Source of the DNA: an uncultured Alistipes sp.
Lineage (GTDB): Bacteria; Bacteroidota; Bacteroidia; Bacteroidales; Rikenellaceae
DNA length: 64,000 nucleotides
Assembly: GCA_910587675.1 (NCBI GenBank)
Contig: CAJUMU010000006.1
Span: forward strand, 1,741-65,740
Direction: 5' to 3'
Made by a program: the position numbers and the translations under genes
The notes under the pieces: model-generated
Database searches by the model: none
What the model was told of the DNA's origin: nothing
The model's input: only the letters and a program-made list of their open reading frames with translations
Shown: piece by piece, positions 55,920 to 63,599 of the stretch
Layout: every line of letters begins with the position of its first letter
Numbering within the stretch: position 1 is the first letter of the stretch

Positions 55920-57260
55920 TCAGTTGAAGAACTCGCCCACCTTGTCTATCGACCCGGGCATGGAGAAGACCACCACCCGATCGTATGCGTTTATCTGCGT
56001 GTCGCCCACGGCTATAAAGGCTTTGTCGCCGCGCACCACGCCGCCGATTATCACATCCTGCGGCAGACGCATATCCTTCACCTTGTTCTTTGTGGCGGGC
56101 GAATTGGGTTTCACGATGAACTCCAGCACCTCGGCCTCGCTGCCCGAGAGGCACCGTATGGCCTGCACGTCGGTCGACATGGTGAATCGGAATATGTTCG
56201 ACGCCGTAACGCGTTTCTTATTAATAATGGTATCGATACCCACGCTCTCGGCCAGACTTATGTAGTTGAGGTTCTCCACCTCGGCGATCACCTTCTTCAC
56301 GCCCATGCGCTTGGCCTGCATCGCCGCCAGAATATTGGTCTCGCTGCGGCCGGTGACGGCTATGAATGCGTCCATGTTCGAGAGCCCCTCCTCCAACATG
56401 GCGTCGAGCTTGCGCCCGTCCTCGTGGATTATGAGCGTCTTGTCCAGCTCCTCGGCCAGACGGTAGGCCTTCTCGCCGTTGTACTCCACCAGCTTGATGT
56501 TCATCTCGTCCTGCAACTCCGACGCGACCCTGACGCCGATGCGCGAGCCGCCCAGAATCATGAGGCTCTTAACCTCAACGCTCTTCTGGCCCGACAGTTC
56601 CGTAACGCTCTTGGCCGCCTCCTTGCGCGAGATGACATAGACCGTATCGCCCTCGAAAAACTTGTCCTGCCCGCGGGGGATGATGGTCTGCACGCCGCGC
56701 GTGATGGCCACGGCGCGGAACTCCGAGATAGACCCGTCGGCCGCCAGATCGATCAGATTGCGCCCCAACAGAGGCGAGGTCGGCTCCAGACGGAACACCA
56801 CCAGCGCGAGGCGTCCGCCCGAGAAATCGACATAGTCGGTCGTGGAGGTGTGACCCAGCAGATTTATCACCTCCAGCGCAGCCACCTTCTCGGGGTAGAA
56901 CAAGTAGTCGATGCCCATGCCGATGAACATCTCCTTGTTGTTGGGCTCCAGATATTCGTTGTTGTCGACGCGGGCGATGGACTTCTTGGCCCCCAGCTGC
57001 TTGGCCATGATGGCCGACAGAATGTTCTGGTTCTCGTCGTGATTGACGGCGATGAACAGATCGCACCGACGCACGCCCGCCTTGCGCAGCACGGCGAAAG
57101 CCGTGGTGTCGCCCTCGACCGTAATCAGGTCGGCGAAGCTGCCCAACTCGTCCAACGCCTTGGCGTCGCTGTCGATCACCGTGATGTCGTGACCGTTTCC
57201 GCTCAGCATGCGCGCCAAATGGCTGCCCATCTCTCCTATGCCCGAAATTACTATCTTCAT
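55920..57260 (-). CDS. trkA: Trk system potassium uptake protein TrkA
   Basis: 446 aa from ATG at 57260 (MKIVISGIGEMGSHLA..). Two RCK_N Rossmann folds (second ..LMILGGSRIG..) and two RCK_C domains. The upstream 43 codons in the ORF track were rejected. Confidence 0.9.
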   Translation of the reverse strand: MKIVISGIGEMGSHLARMLSGNGHDITVIDSDAKALDELGSFADLITVEGDTTAFAVLRKAGVRRCDLFIAVNHDENQNILSAIMAKQLGAKKSIARVDNNEYLEPNNKEMFIGMGIDYLFYPEKVAALEVINLLGHTSTTDYVDFSGGRLALVVFRLEPTSPLLGRNLIDLAADGSISEFRAVAITRGVQTIIPRGQDKFFEGDTVYVISRKEAAKSVTELSGQKSVEVKSLMILGGSRIGVRVASELQDEMNIKLVEYNGEKAYRLAEELDKTLIIHEDGRKLDAMLEEGLSNMDAFIAVTGRSETNILAAMQAKRMGVKKVIAEVENLNYISLAESVGIDTIINKKRVTASNIFRFTMSTDVQAIRCLSGSEAEVLEFIVKPNSPATKNKVKDMRLPQDVIIGGVVRGDKAFIAVGDTQINAYDRVVVFSMPGSIDKVGEFFN

Positions 57261-57370
57261 CCGTTTACATCTTTCGACCGCATCGGCCCGCGACCCGAAG
57301 CCGACCGCCGAGGATCGTCTCCAATCGCAAACACCGAGCCTTCGATGCGGTGCGCAAAAAAAGCACTGTT

Positions 57371-57402
57371 TTTGCAAAATATGCAACAAATATATAAATT
57401 TG
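57371..57402 (+). promoter_or_regulatory. Bacteroidetes-type promoter for the small membrane protein gene
   Basis: -33 TTTG (57371-57374), 20-nt spacer, -7 TAAATTTG (57395-57402). Confidence 0.6.
57387..57394 (-). promoter_or_regulatory. Candidate divergent -7 box (TATATTTG on minus strand) for trkA
   Basis: Plus-strand CAAATATA. No clean -33. Confidence 0.3.
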
Positions 57403-57449
57403 TCGTCGTTAATTCAACTAAAACCCGTTTTTACTAAATTTAGCACGCC

Positions 57450-57707
57450 ATGTTATCGAAATTCACGATCGTGATGATCGTAATACTCATAGCCGTCGTC
57501 TTCGTGGCGTTCTTCGTGGTGGGGCTGTCGCTGACTCTCATCTTCAAGGGTCACAACATCGATTCGGAGATCGCCACCAACAAGAACATGCAGCGTCTGG
57601 GCATAAAATGCGCCGTGCAGGAGTCGCGCGAGGACGTGGGAGCCGACTGCGCCGACGCGGGTTGCTCGGGCAACTGCTCGGCCTGCGACATCGAACACGG
57701 GAAATAA
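57450..57707 (+). CDS. Small single-pass membrane protein with Cys-rich C-terminus (function unknown)
   Basis: 85 aa. One TM (IVMIVILIAVVFVAFFVVGLSLTLIF), then ..LGIKCAVQESREDVGADCADAGCSGNCSACD... Canonical promoter upstream and typical local codon usage. Confidence 0.6.
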   Translation: MLSKFTIVMIVILIAVVFVAFFVVGLSLTLIFKGHNIDSEIATNKNMQRLGIKCAVQESREDVGADCADAGCSGNCSACDIEHGK

Positions 57708-57737
57708 AAAAGACCGCACCGAGTAAATTCGGCGCGG
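57704..57737 (-). terminator. Rho-independent terminator after tRNA-Leu(TAA)
   Basis: 9-bp stem (57714-57722 / 57729-57737, one G-U on the minus-strand RNA), followed on the minus strand by TCTTTTTT. Confidence 0.65.
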
Positions 57738-57763
57738 CTGCGTAAAATCGCTCTACTTTGTCG

Positions 57764-57849
57764 TACTCGAAGCCGGGGTCGAACCGGCACGGCCGTTGCT
57801 GGCCACAGGATTTTAAGTCCGGCGTGTCTACCTATTCCACCATTCGAGC
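57764..57849 (-). tRNA. tRNA-Leu (TAA)
   Basis: 86-nt class II tRNA. 5' GCTCGAATGGTGGAATAGGTAGACACG.., anticodon loop CTTAAAA, long variable arm, T-loop GGTTCGACCCC, acceptor closed by G1-U72. Confidence 0.85.
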
Positions 57850-57877
57850 AGTCTGCCCGCAGGGCGGTACGACGCGA

Positions 57878-57908
57878 CAAAAGTAGCAAAATTATTTCAT
57901 TGTGCAAA
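57878..57908 (-). promoter_or_regulatory. Bacteroidetes-type promoter for tRNA-Leu(TAA), with the -33 inside the 3' end of miaA
   Basis: On the minus strand: -33 TTTG (57905-57908), 19-nt spacer, -7 TACTTTTG (57878-57885). Confidence 0.6.
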
Positions 57909-58806
57909 TCTTCGACTCTATATATTCGATTATGTCGGCCGTATGCGTCGGCGGGAACCACGCGATCTCGTCGTCGCGTCGGAACCACGTCATCTGACGC
58001 TTGGCGTAACGCCGCGAGTTGCGTTTCACAGCCTCCACGGCTTCGTCGAGCGTCAGGCGGCCGTCGAAATAGTCGAACATCTCGCGATACCCCACCGTCT
58101 GCAACGAGTTCAGATGCCGCAGATGGCAGACGGCGCGCGCCTCGCGTTCGAGCCCCCGCTCCATCATCGCATCCACGCGTCTGTCGATACGGTCGTACAA
58201 CTCCGCTCTGTCGACCTCGGTGCCGATCTTCACTATGCCGAACGGACGCTCGCGCCGACGTCCCGTCCTGAACGACGAATAGGGACGCCCCGTCGAGATA
58301 CACACCTCCAGAGCGCGCAGCACGCGCGCGGGATTGCGGCGGTCGACCACGGCGTGGAACTCGGGGTCGAGACGCCGCAACTCCTCGGCGAGCACGTCGA
58401 CACCCTCCTCGCGAAGTCGCTCGGCGAGCCGCTCGCGCAAACGTGCATCACACTGCGGCATATCGTCCATACCCTCGCACAACGCCTTGACATACAACCC
58501 CGACCCTCCCACGGCGACAACAGTGTCGTATCGGGCGAAAAGGCTGTCGAGCAACTCCGAGGCCGCAGCCTCGTACGCTCCGCAATTGAAATCCTCGGTC
58601 AGTTCGTGAGTGGCTATGAAGTAGTGGCGCACGCGACGCAGCTGCTCGGCATCGGGATGCGCCGTACCGATCGGAAGGTCGCGGTATATCTGACGCGAAT
58701 CGGTCGAAACCACGGGCGAGCCGAAATGCTCGGCCACCGCCACGGCGAGGTCGGTCTTGCCCGAACCCGTCGGTCCGACTATGACTATCAATGTCTTGCC
58801 GGCCAT
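57892..58806 (-). CDS. miaA: tRNA dimethylallyltransferase
   Basis: P-loop GPTGSGKT, ..DSRQIYR.. and ..RQ.TWFR.. motifs. ATG at 58806 preferred over the TTG at 58812. Confidence 0.9.
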   Translation of the reverse strand: MAGKTLIVIVGPTGSGKTDLAVAVAEHFGSPVVSTDSRQIYRDLPIGTAHPDAEQLRRVRHYFIATHELTEDFNCGAYEAAASELLDSLFARYDTVVAVGGSGLYVKALCEGMDDMPQCDARLRERLAERLREEGVDVLAEELRRLDPEFHAVVDRRNPARVLRALEVCISTGRPYSSFRTGRRRERPFGIVKIGTEVDRAELYDRIDRRVDAMMERGLEREARAVCHLRHLNSLQTVGYREMFDYFDGRLTLDEAVEAVKRNSRRYAKRQMTWFRRDDEIAWFPPTHTADIIEYIESKICTMK

Positions 58807-58808
58807 TA

Positions 58809-59315
58809 TCAATACTCGTCGTCGTAACTGTCGTCGCCCTCGAAGTCGCCGTACTCGCCCATCATCTCCTCGAAGATCGAACCGCTCTGCTCGTTGGCCT
58901 CGGGGTCGTACTGGTCGGGAGCGGGCGAATGCTCGAATTGCAGACGGGGATACTTCATACCCTCCTCGGGCTTCTTAGCCTCGACCAGTTCGAGATAGTA
59001 GGCTCGCTGCGAAAACGGATCGAACACATATATAAGACGGTCGCGCAGCCTCAGCAGCACGTCGCACAGCCGCGCCGAGGCCATCGGCGCAGGCGCGCCC
59101 TCCGCGGCGTCGCCGAGCCCCATATCCATGCAGGTGAATTCGCGCAAACGTTCCCACCGATCGTCGGCGGTATATAAAGAGGCCATGCACGGATCGTAAC
59201 CGAGCATCGACAGAATGAACTCGTGCAGATCGAGCAGCGACGCCTCGGCATCCAGCTCGAAGTCGCGGACGAAATTGTCGTTTTCGTCGCTCAGCATCCT
59301 GAATCTGTAAATCAT
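58809..59315 (-). CDS. Plasmid pRiA4b ORF-3-like family protein (function unknown)
   Basis: 168 aa. MIYRFRMLSDENDNFVRDFELDAEASLLDLHEFI.. matches my recollection of this family. Very acidic C-terminal tail. Its stop lies 2 nt before the miaA ATG. Confidence 0.65.
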   Translation of the reverse strand: MIYRFRMLSDENDNFVRDFELDAEASLLDLHEFILSMLGYDPCMASLYTADDRWERLREFTCMDMGLGDAAEGAPAPMASARLCDVLLRLRDRLIYVFDPFSQRAYYLELVEAKKPEEGMKYPRLQFEHSPAPDQYDPEANEQSGSIFEEMMGEYGDFEGDDSYDDEY

Positions 59316-59393
59316 CGAAATAACATATTAAGGCAATTATATATTTCAATGCACCAGCGTCATATTACCGTAAAAGCAGCTCCGACTGTCACT

Positions 59394-59477
59394 TACCCGC
59401 GGCCTTTGGCCGCGTTTACAGGTCTGACCCTCCCCTAAATCCCCTCCTCGGAGGGGACTTCGGTCGCTGCGCTCCGA
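59394..59477 (-). repeat. 84-bp intergenic element family B, copy 2 (inverted relative to copy 1)
   Basis: The reverse complement matches 32958-33041 at 83 of 84 positions (T/C difference in GTCAGAC[T/C]TGTAAAC). Confidence 0.9.
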
Positions 59478-59509
59478 ATAACGCTAATCAAAGCATATAA
59501 TCGCGAATA

Positions 59510-59517
59510 CAAATATA
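59510..59517 (-). promoter_or_regulatory. Candidate -7 box (TATATTTG on minus strand) for the pRiA4b-like/miaA unit
   Basis: Plus-strand CAAATATA. Would place repeat B copy 2 in the 5' leader. Confidence 0.3.
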
Positions 59518-59620
59518 GCACAAAAAGATTATCCCCGACCGATAAAGGCGCAATTTTCCGCATATCGGCCGACGACGGGGTTTATTTCGGCGGGCGCGGC
59601 GCGAAATATTGCGCTTCACG

Positions 59621-59651
59621 CTTGGAGGGCTCGAAAATTGTATTATCTTTG
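59621..59651 (+). promoter_or_regulatory. Candidate rho promoter
   Basis: -7 TATCTTTG (59644-59651). Imperfect -33 CTTG (59621-59624) with a 19-nt spacer. Confidence 0.4.
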
Positions 59652-59719
59652 CAACGTCAAAAAAAATAATCGTTCGGTTATTTTACAATCAGCGAATTAT
59701 AGATTAATACGAATCATAT

Positions 59720-61459
59720 ATGCAAGATTTAAGCGCACTCGAAGGTAAAACCCTTGCGGAATTACGAGAGATCGGCAAGGTGCTGGGCATAACCGACACC
59801 ACTTTGAAAAAGAAAGAGTTGTTAACCAAGATAGCCGAAAGCGCGAATACTTTCGCAGACGACGCGACCGAGGATTCGACGACGGACAACGCAGCCGAGA
59901 CCGCCGCGGCCCCCAAGTTGCGCGGCCGTCGTCCCCGCATGAACACCCTGCGCATCGAGGAGAACAAGCCCGCGGGCGAAGCCCCGGCCTCGGCCGAGTA
60001 TCCGACGACGGCTCCCGCCGAAGCGCAGACAGCGGCGCCCGAATCGCCCTCGACCGACGATGCGGCCAACGAAGAGGTAGCCATGCCCAAACGCCGCGGT
60101 CGCAAGCCCAAGGCGTTGAAGGAGCAGGAGGAGCGCGAAGCGGCGGCGAGAGCCGCGGCGGAGACGGAGGCTGCGCAGCCCCGAACGACGCTGTTCGAGC
60201 ACGCCGCGACACAACCGCAGCAGCAACCGCAACCGCAGCAATACGGAAGACAACCCTATCACGCCCCTTCTTACCAGCATGCGCAGCAGCACGCCTCGCA
60301 GCAGCATTCGGCGCAGCGTCAGGACCAGATAAAGGAGTACTTCGCGGGCGAGATCATCGGCGAAGGCGTTCTGGAGGTCATGGCCGACGGTTACGGATTC
60401 CTCCGCTCGGCCGACTACAACTATCTCAACTCGCCCGACGACATATACGTGTCGCCGTCGCAGATCAAACTCTTCGGACTGAAGCCCGGCGACACCATCA
60501 GCGGCGTGATCCATCCGCCGAAGGAGGGCGAGAAGTATTTCCCGCTCATCCGCGTGAACGAGATCAACGGACTCTCGCCCGAATATATCCGCGACCGCGT
60601 GCAGTTCGAGTATATGACGCCTTTGTTCCCCAGCGAGAAATTCAACCTCACGGGCAAGGGCCACAACAATCTGTCGAACCGCGTGGTCGACCTCTTCTCG
60701 CCCATAGGCAAGGGTCAGCGCGGACTGATCGTGGCGCAGCCCAAGACGGGTAAGACGATGTTGCTGCAATCGATCGCCAACGCCATCGCCGACAACCACC
60801 CCGAGGTGTACATGATCGTGCTGTTGATCGACGAACGTCCCGAAGAGGTGACAGAAATGGCCCGCAACGTGAAGGCCGAAGTGGTGGCCTCGACCTTCGA
60901 CGAGCAGGCGTCGCGCCATGTGAAGGTGGCCGAAATGGTGCTCGAAAAGGCGAAGCGCATGGTGGAGTGCGGCCACGACGTGGTGATATTCCTCGACTCG
61001 ATAACCCGTTTGGCCCGCGCCTACAACTCGGTGCAGCCCGCATCGGGCAAGGTGCTCTCGGGAGGTGTGGACGCCAACGCGCTCCACAAGCCCAAGCGTT
61101 TCTTCGGCGCGGCGCGCAACACCGAGGAGAAAGGTTCGCTCACCATAATCGCCACCGCCCTGATCGACACGGGTTCGAAGATGGACGAGGTGATCTTCGA
61201 GGAGTTCAAGGGTACGGGCAACATGGAGTTGCAACTCGACCGCCGACTTTCGAACAAACGCGTCTACCCCGCCGTCGACGTCATTTCGTCGGGCACGCGC
61301 CGCGAGGATCTGCTGCTGGCGCGCGAGGTGATGAACCGCACGTGGGTGATGCGCAAATACCTGTCGGAGATGACCACCGTCGAGGCAATGGAATTCCTCC
61401 AGAAACAGATGTCGTTGACCGAGACCAACGAAGAGTTCCTCGCGACGATGAACCAATAA
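59720..61459 (+). CDS. rho: Transcription termination factor Rho with a ~160-aa low-complexity insertion after the N-terminal helix bundle
   Basis: 579 aa. Rho_N ([24 protein letters not shown]..), then an acidic/Ala/Pro and Gln-rich insert. Then OB-fold (..[17 protein letters not shown]..), Walker A (AQPKTGKT) and RecA-like ATPase blocks. Confidence 0.95.
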   Translation: MQDLSALEGKTLAELREIGKVLGITDTTLKKKELLTKIAESANTFADDATEDSTTDNAAETAAAPKLRGRRPRMNTLRIEENKPAGEAPASAEYPTTAPAEAQTAAPESPSTDDAANEEVAMPKRRGRKPKALKEQEEREAAARAAAETEAAQPRTTLFEHAATQPQQQPQPQQYGRQPYHAPSYQHAQQHASQQHSAQRQDQIKEYFAGEIIGEGVLEVMADGYGFLRSADYNYLNSPDDIYVSPSQIKLFGLKPGDTISGVIHPPKEGEKYFPLIRVNEINGLSPEYIRDRVQFEYMTPLFPSEKFNLTGKGHNNLSNRVVDLFSPIGKGQRGLIVAQPKTGKTMLLQSIANAIADNHPEVYMIVLLIDERPEEVTEMARNVKAEVVASTFDEQASRHVKVAEMVLEKAKRMVECGHDVVIFLDSITRLARAYNSVQPASGKVLSGGVDANALHKPKRFFGAARNTEEKGSLTIIATALIDTGSKMDEVIFEEFKGTGNMELQLDRRLSNKRVYPAVDVISSGTRREDLLLAREVMNRTWVMRKYLSEMTTVEAMEFLQKQMSLTETNEEFLATMNQ

Positions 61460-61468
61460 GACCCTGCC

Positions 61469-62242
61469 ATGAAGAGACTCGTTTTATGCGCGCTCGTCGC
61501 GCTCTGCATCGCCCCCGACGCCTTCGGTTGGGGACAGAAAGGCCATGACGTGGTGGCCTGCATCGCCGAATGCCATCTATCGCGCCGAGCGGCGCGCCGC
61601 GTGACCCGCGCGCTCGAAGGCCACTCGCCCGTATACTATGCCAACTGGATGGACAACGCCAGCCACACGCCCGAATACGCCTATTCGAGCACATGGCATT
61701 ACGCCAATATCGACGAAGGATACACCTACGAGACCATGCCCCGCAACGAGGCGGGAGACATCGTAACCGCGCTGCACGACATAATCGACGATCTGCGCAA
61801 GGGCGGCCTTACGCCCGAGGAGGAGAATATCCGTCTGCGGATGTTAGTGCACTTGGTGGGCGACCTCCACTGCCCCATGCACGCGGGCCACAAGAGCGAC
61901 TTGGGCGGCAACACCGTCTCGGTGCTCTACTTCGACACCCCGACCAAACTCCACACTATCTGGGATACGCAGCTGGTCGAGTCGGCCCACAAATGGAGCT
62001 ACACCGAGTGGCAGCGCCAAATCGACCGCGTCACCCGCAAGCAGGAGAAAGAGCTGAGCGACGGCACCGTGGAGGAGTGGTTCGCCGAGACGGCAGCCAT
62101 CTGCGCCGAGATATACAAGGAGCTGCCCGAGGGCACGAAACTCTCTTACGATCATGTGGCCAAGTACGCCCCCGTAATAGAGGATCAATTGCTCAAGGGC
62201 GGACTTCGGCTGGCCCGCATCCTGAATTACATATATCGTTAG
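61469..62242 (+). CDS. S1/P1 family nuclease, secreted
   Basis: 257 aa. Signal peptide, then mature N-terminus WGQKGHDVVA (WGxxGH Zn ligand motif) and ..HLVGDLHCPMH.. Confidence 0.85.
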   Translation: MKRLVLCALVALCIAPDAFGWGQKGHDVVACIAECHLSRRAARRVTRALEGHSPVYYANWMDNASHTPEYAYSSTWHYANIDEGYTYETMPRNEAGDIVTALHDIIDDLRKGGLTPEEENIRLRMLVHLVGDLHCPMHAGHKSDLGGNTVSVLYFDTPTKLHTIWDTQLVESAHKWSYTEWQRQIDRVTRKQEKELSDGTVEEWFAETAAICAEIYKELPEGTKLSYDHVAKYAPVIEDQLLKGGLRLARILNYIYR

Positions 62243-62261
62243 GCGATTGTCGATCCGACCG

Positions 62262-62301
62262 CAAAAAAAAACGGGCTGCCTCATTCGCGGGGCAGCCCGT
62301 T
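62262..62301 (-). terminator. Bidirectional hairpin terminator (canonical for the minus-strand 188-aa gene)
   Basis: Stem ACGGGCTGCC (62271-62280) / GGCAGCCCGT (62291-62300). Nine A on the plus strand, so a T9 run after the hairpin on the minus strand. Confidence 0.75.
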
Positions 62302-62305
62302 CGGG

Positions 62306-62872
62306 TTACATATCCGCTCTCGGGTCGGAACAACGATTTATGAATGGCAGATCCTTCAGCGCGTCGTACTCTTTTCGCAGGATATCCACGGCCCGTTCGT
62401 TGTAACGCTCCACCATAGGCGCCAATATCTCCGCATCCCCGGGCGTGAGGTCGCAACGCATCACCAACTCCGACGACACCCGCAACAGATCGCCCTTGCG
62501 CGCGCACTTCTCGCACAGATAACACACGTAAGCCTCGAACAACCGCTCGAACTCCTCCACGCTGAAATCATCCGCCTCGTCGAGCGCGATCAGGTTCACC
62601 TTGTCGGGATCGATGTACTCGCGTTCGTACTTCGACCGTATGTCGAAACAGACCGTGAACACGTCGTCGGCTTTGAAATTGCGCGAGCGGGCGAGAAACT
62701 GCGCGAGAGTCATATCGTCGGCAATAGCGTCTCCTCCCCTCGACGACCGGCCGAAAATATAGAAATCCGTAATGTCGGCGTCTTTCAACATCGCGAATAT
62801 ATAGTGTTTGCAACAACGCAATTCATCCAAGAATGCGATAAGGCGATCCGTCGTAACGATGTTATCTTTCAT
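62306..62872 (-). CDS. Hypothetical cytoplasmic protein, no family recognised
   Basis: 188 aa. ATG start and strong terminator. Acidic, several Cys (..ELRCCKHY.., ..YVCYLCEKCARKG..). Lower GC than its neighbours. Confidence 0.6.
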   Translation of the reverse strand: MKDNIVTTDRLIAFLDELRCCKHYIFAMLKDADITDFYIFGRSSRGGDAIADDMTLAQFLARSRNFKADDVFTVCFDIRSKYEREYIDPDKVNLIALDEADDFSVEEFERLFEAYVCYLCEKCARKGDLLRVSSELVMRCDLTPGDAEILAPMVERYNERAVDILRKEYDALKDLPFINRCSDPRADM

Positions 62873-63180
62873 GATTCAGGTATTGTTAAAGTTCGATTGT
62901 AGGTTCCCGTCGCGTTGACGCTCCACGAGCCTTGCGCACGCAAAAAAGGACGTAGTTACAGCGTCGCGTTTCTGTATCGGTCTTGGGAACCGTGGCACAT
63001 AAGTTGTTCTATGTCCATGCCAGTCCCATCCGCAAGTTTGCAGATGGAACGTAACAAGGACCGACAACTATTATACCGTGCCAAACAACCTCGCGACGAG
63101 GCTCCCAAGTTTATACAGAAGTATAAAGAGTTGTTACCCTTTTCTCTCTAATAATTTCGGCTATGCCGAATTGTCGGTTG

Positions 63181-63188
63181 CAAAGTTA
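63181..63188 (-). promoter_or_regulatory. Candidate -7 box (TAACTTTG on minus strand), implying a ~300-nt leader for the 188-aa gene
   Basis: Plus-strand CAAAGTTA. No clean -33. Confidence 0.3.
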
Positions 63189-63529
63189 ACATATTTTCGT
63201 AAATCGGATAATTCGGTTACTCCTAATTTTAGACCGTAAATATACAATAAAATATAATCATTACAACGTTCTGTCGTAAAAACTCATCGTCTTATTGAAA
63301 TTTATATTCCAAAATGTGTTTCGCCCCCCCCTCAGACATTTTGCATCTTTGTATTTCAAGTAATTATAGCCGCATACGATCAAACAGCCGACATTCGGGC
63401 GGAAATTGCGATTCGTTAAAAATTCCCCGCGTTTTCGCCGCCGCAATTGTCCGCAAACACTGCAACGCGGCCACCCATGCAATTATATATTGATAAAACC
63501 ATAACATTTAGCATAAACATTTTCAGGCA

Positions 63530-63579
63530 GCCCCAAACGACATTCACCCCGACGGAAGCAGGTTTCCGTCGGGGTGAAT
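63530..63579 (-). terminator. Hairpin terminator after the calpain-like gene
   Basis: 15-bp stem ATTCACCCCGACGGA (63542-63556) / TCCGTCGGGGTGAAT (63565-63579), followed on the minus strand by GTCGTTTGGGG. Confidence 0.55.
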
Positions 63580-63599
63580 CGCAATTCAGACGTTAAAGG

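Noticed and set aside
54651-57437. 928-aa plus-strand ORF spanning the GH3-family and trkA loci
   Set aside because: It is antisense to two genes with clear family motifs, and the product is low-complexity and Arg/His/Gln-rich. The same reasoning rejects 1566-3617(+), 3850-5547(+), 17929-19974(+), 16379-17698(-), 28019-29854(-), 29733-31271(-), 38320-39234(-), 39480-40499(-), 40554-41996(-), 45435-46745(+), 46459-47634(+), 48408-49694(+), 52221-53759(+), 59822-61456(-) and the many shorter overlapping ORFs in the track.
58809-59315. The pRiA4b ORF-3-like gene as evidence of a plasmid or mobile element
   Set aside because: The family name is historical. Here the gene is tightly linked to miaA (2-nt gap) within housekeeping genes, and no replication, transfer, integrase or transposase genes are nearby.
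62876-63067. 63-aa minus-strand ORF ending 3 nt before the orphan 188-aa gene; considered as a small antitoxin-like partner
   Set aside because: It starts with TTG, has no ATG, and uses AT-rich codons unlike the host. It coincides with the extensively base-paired region described as a structured leader. I cannot exclude a real small protein, but the sequence is better explained as RNA structure.
62915-63151. 78-aa plus-strand ORF, plus a 73-aa minus-strand ORF (63261-63482), in the AT-rich pocket
   Set aside because: Neither has promoter or start context or family resemblance. Their composition looks like translated non-coding DNA.
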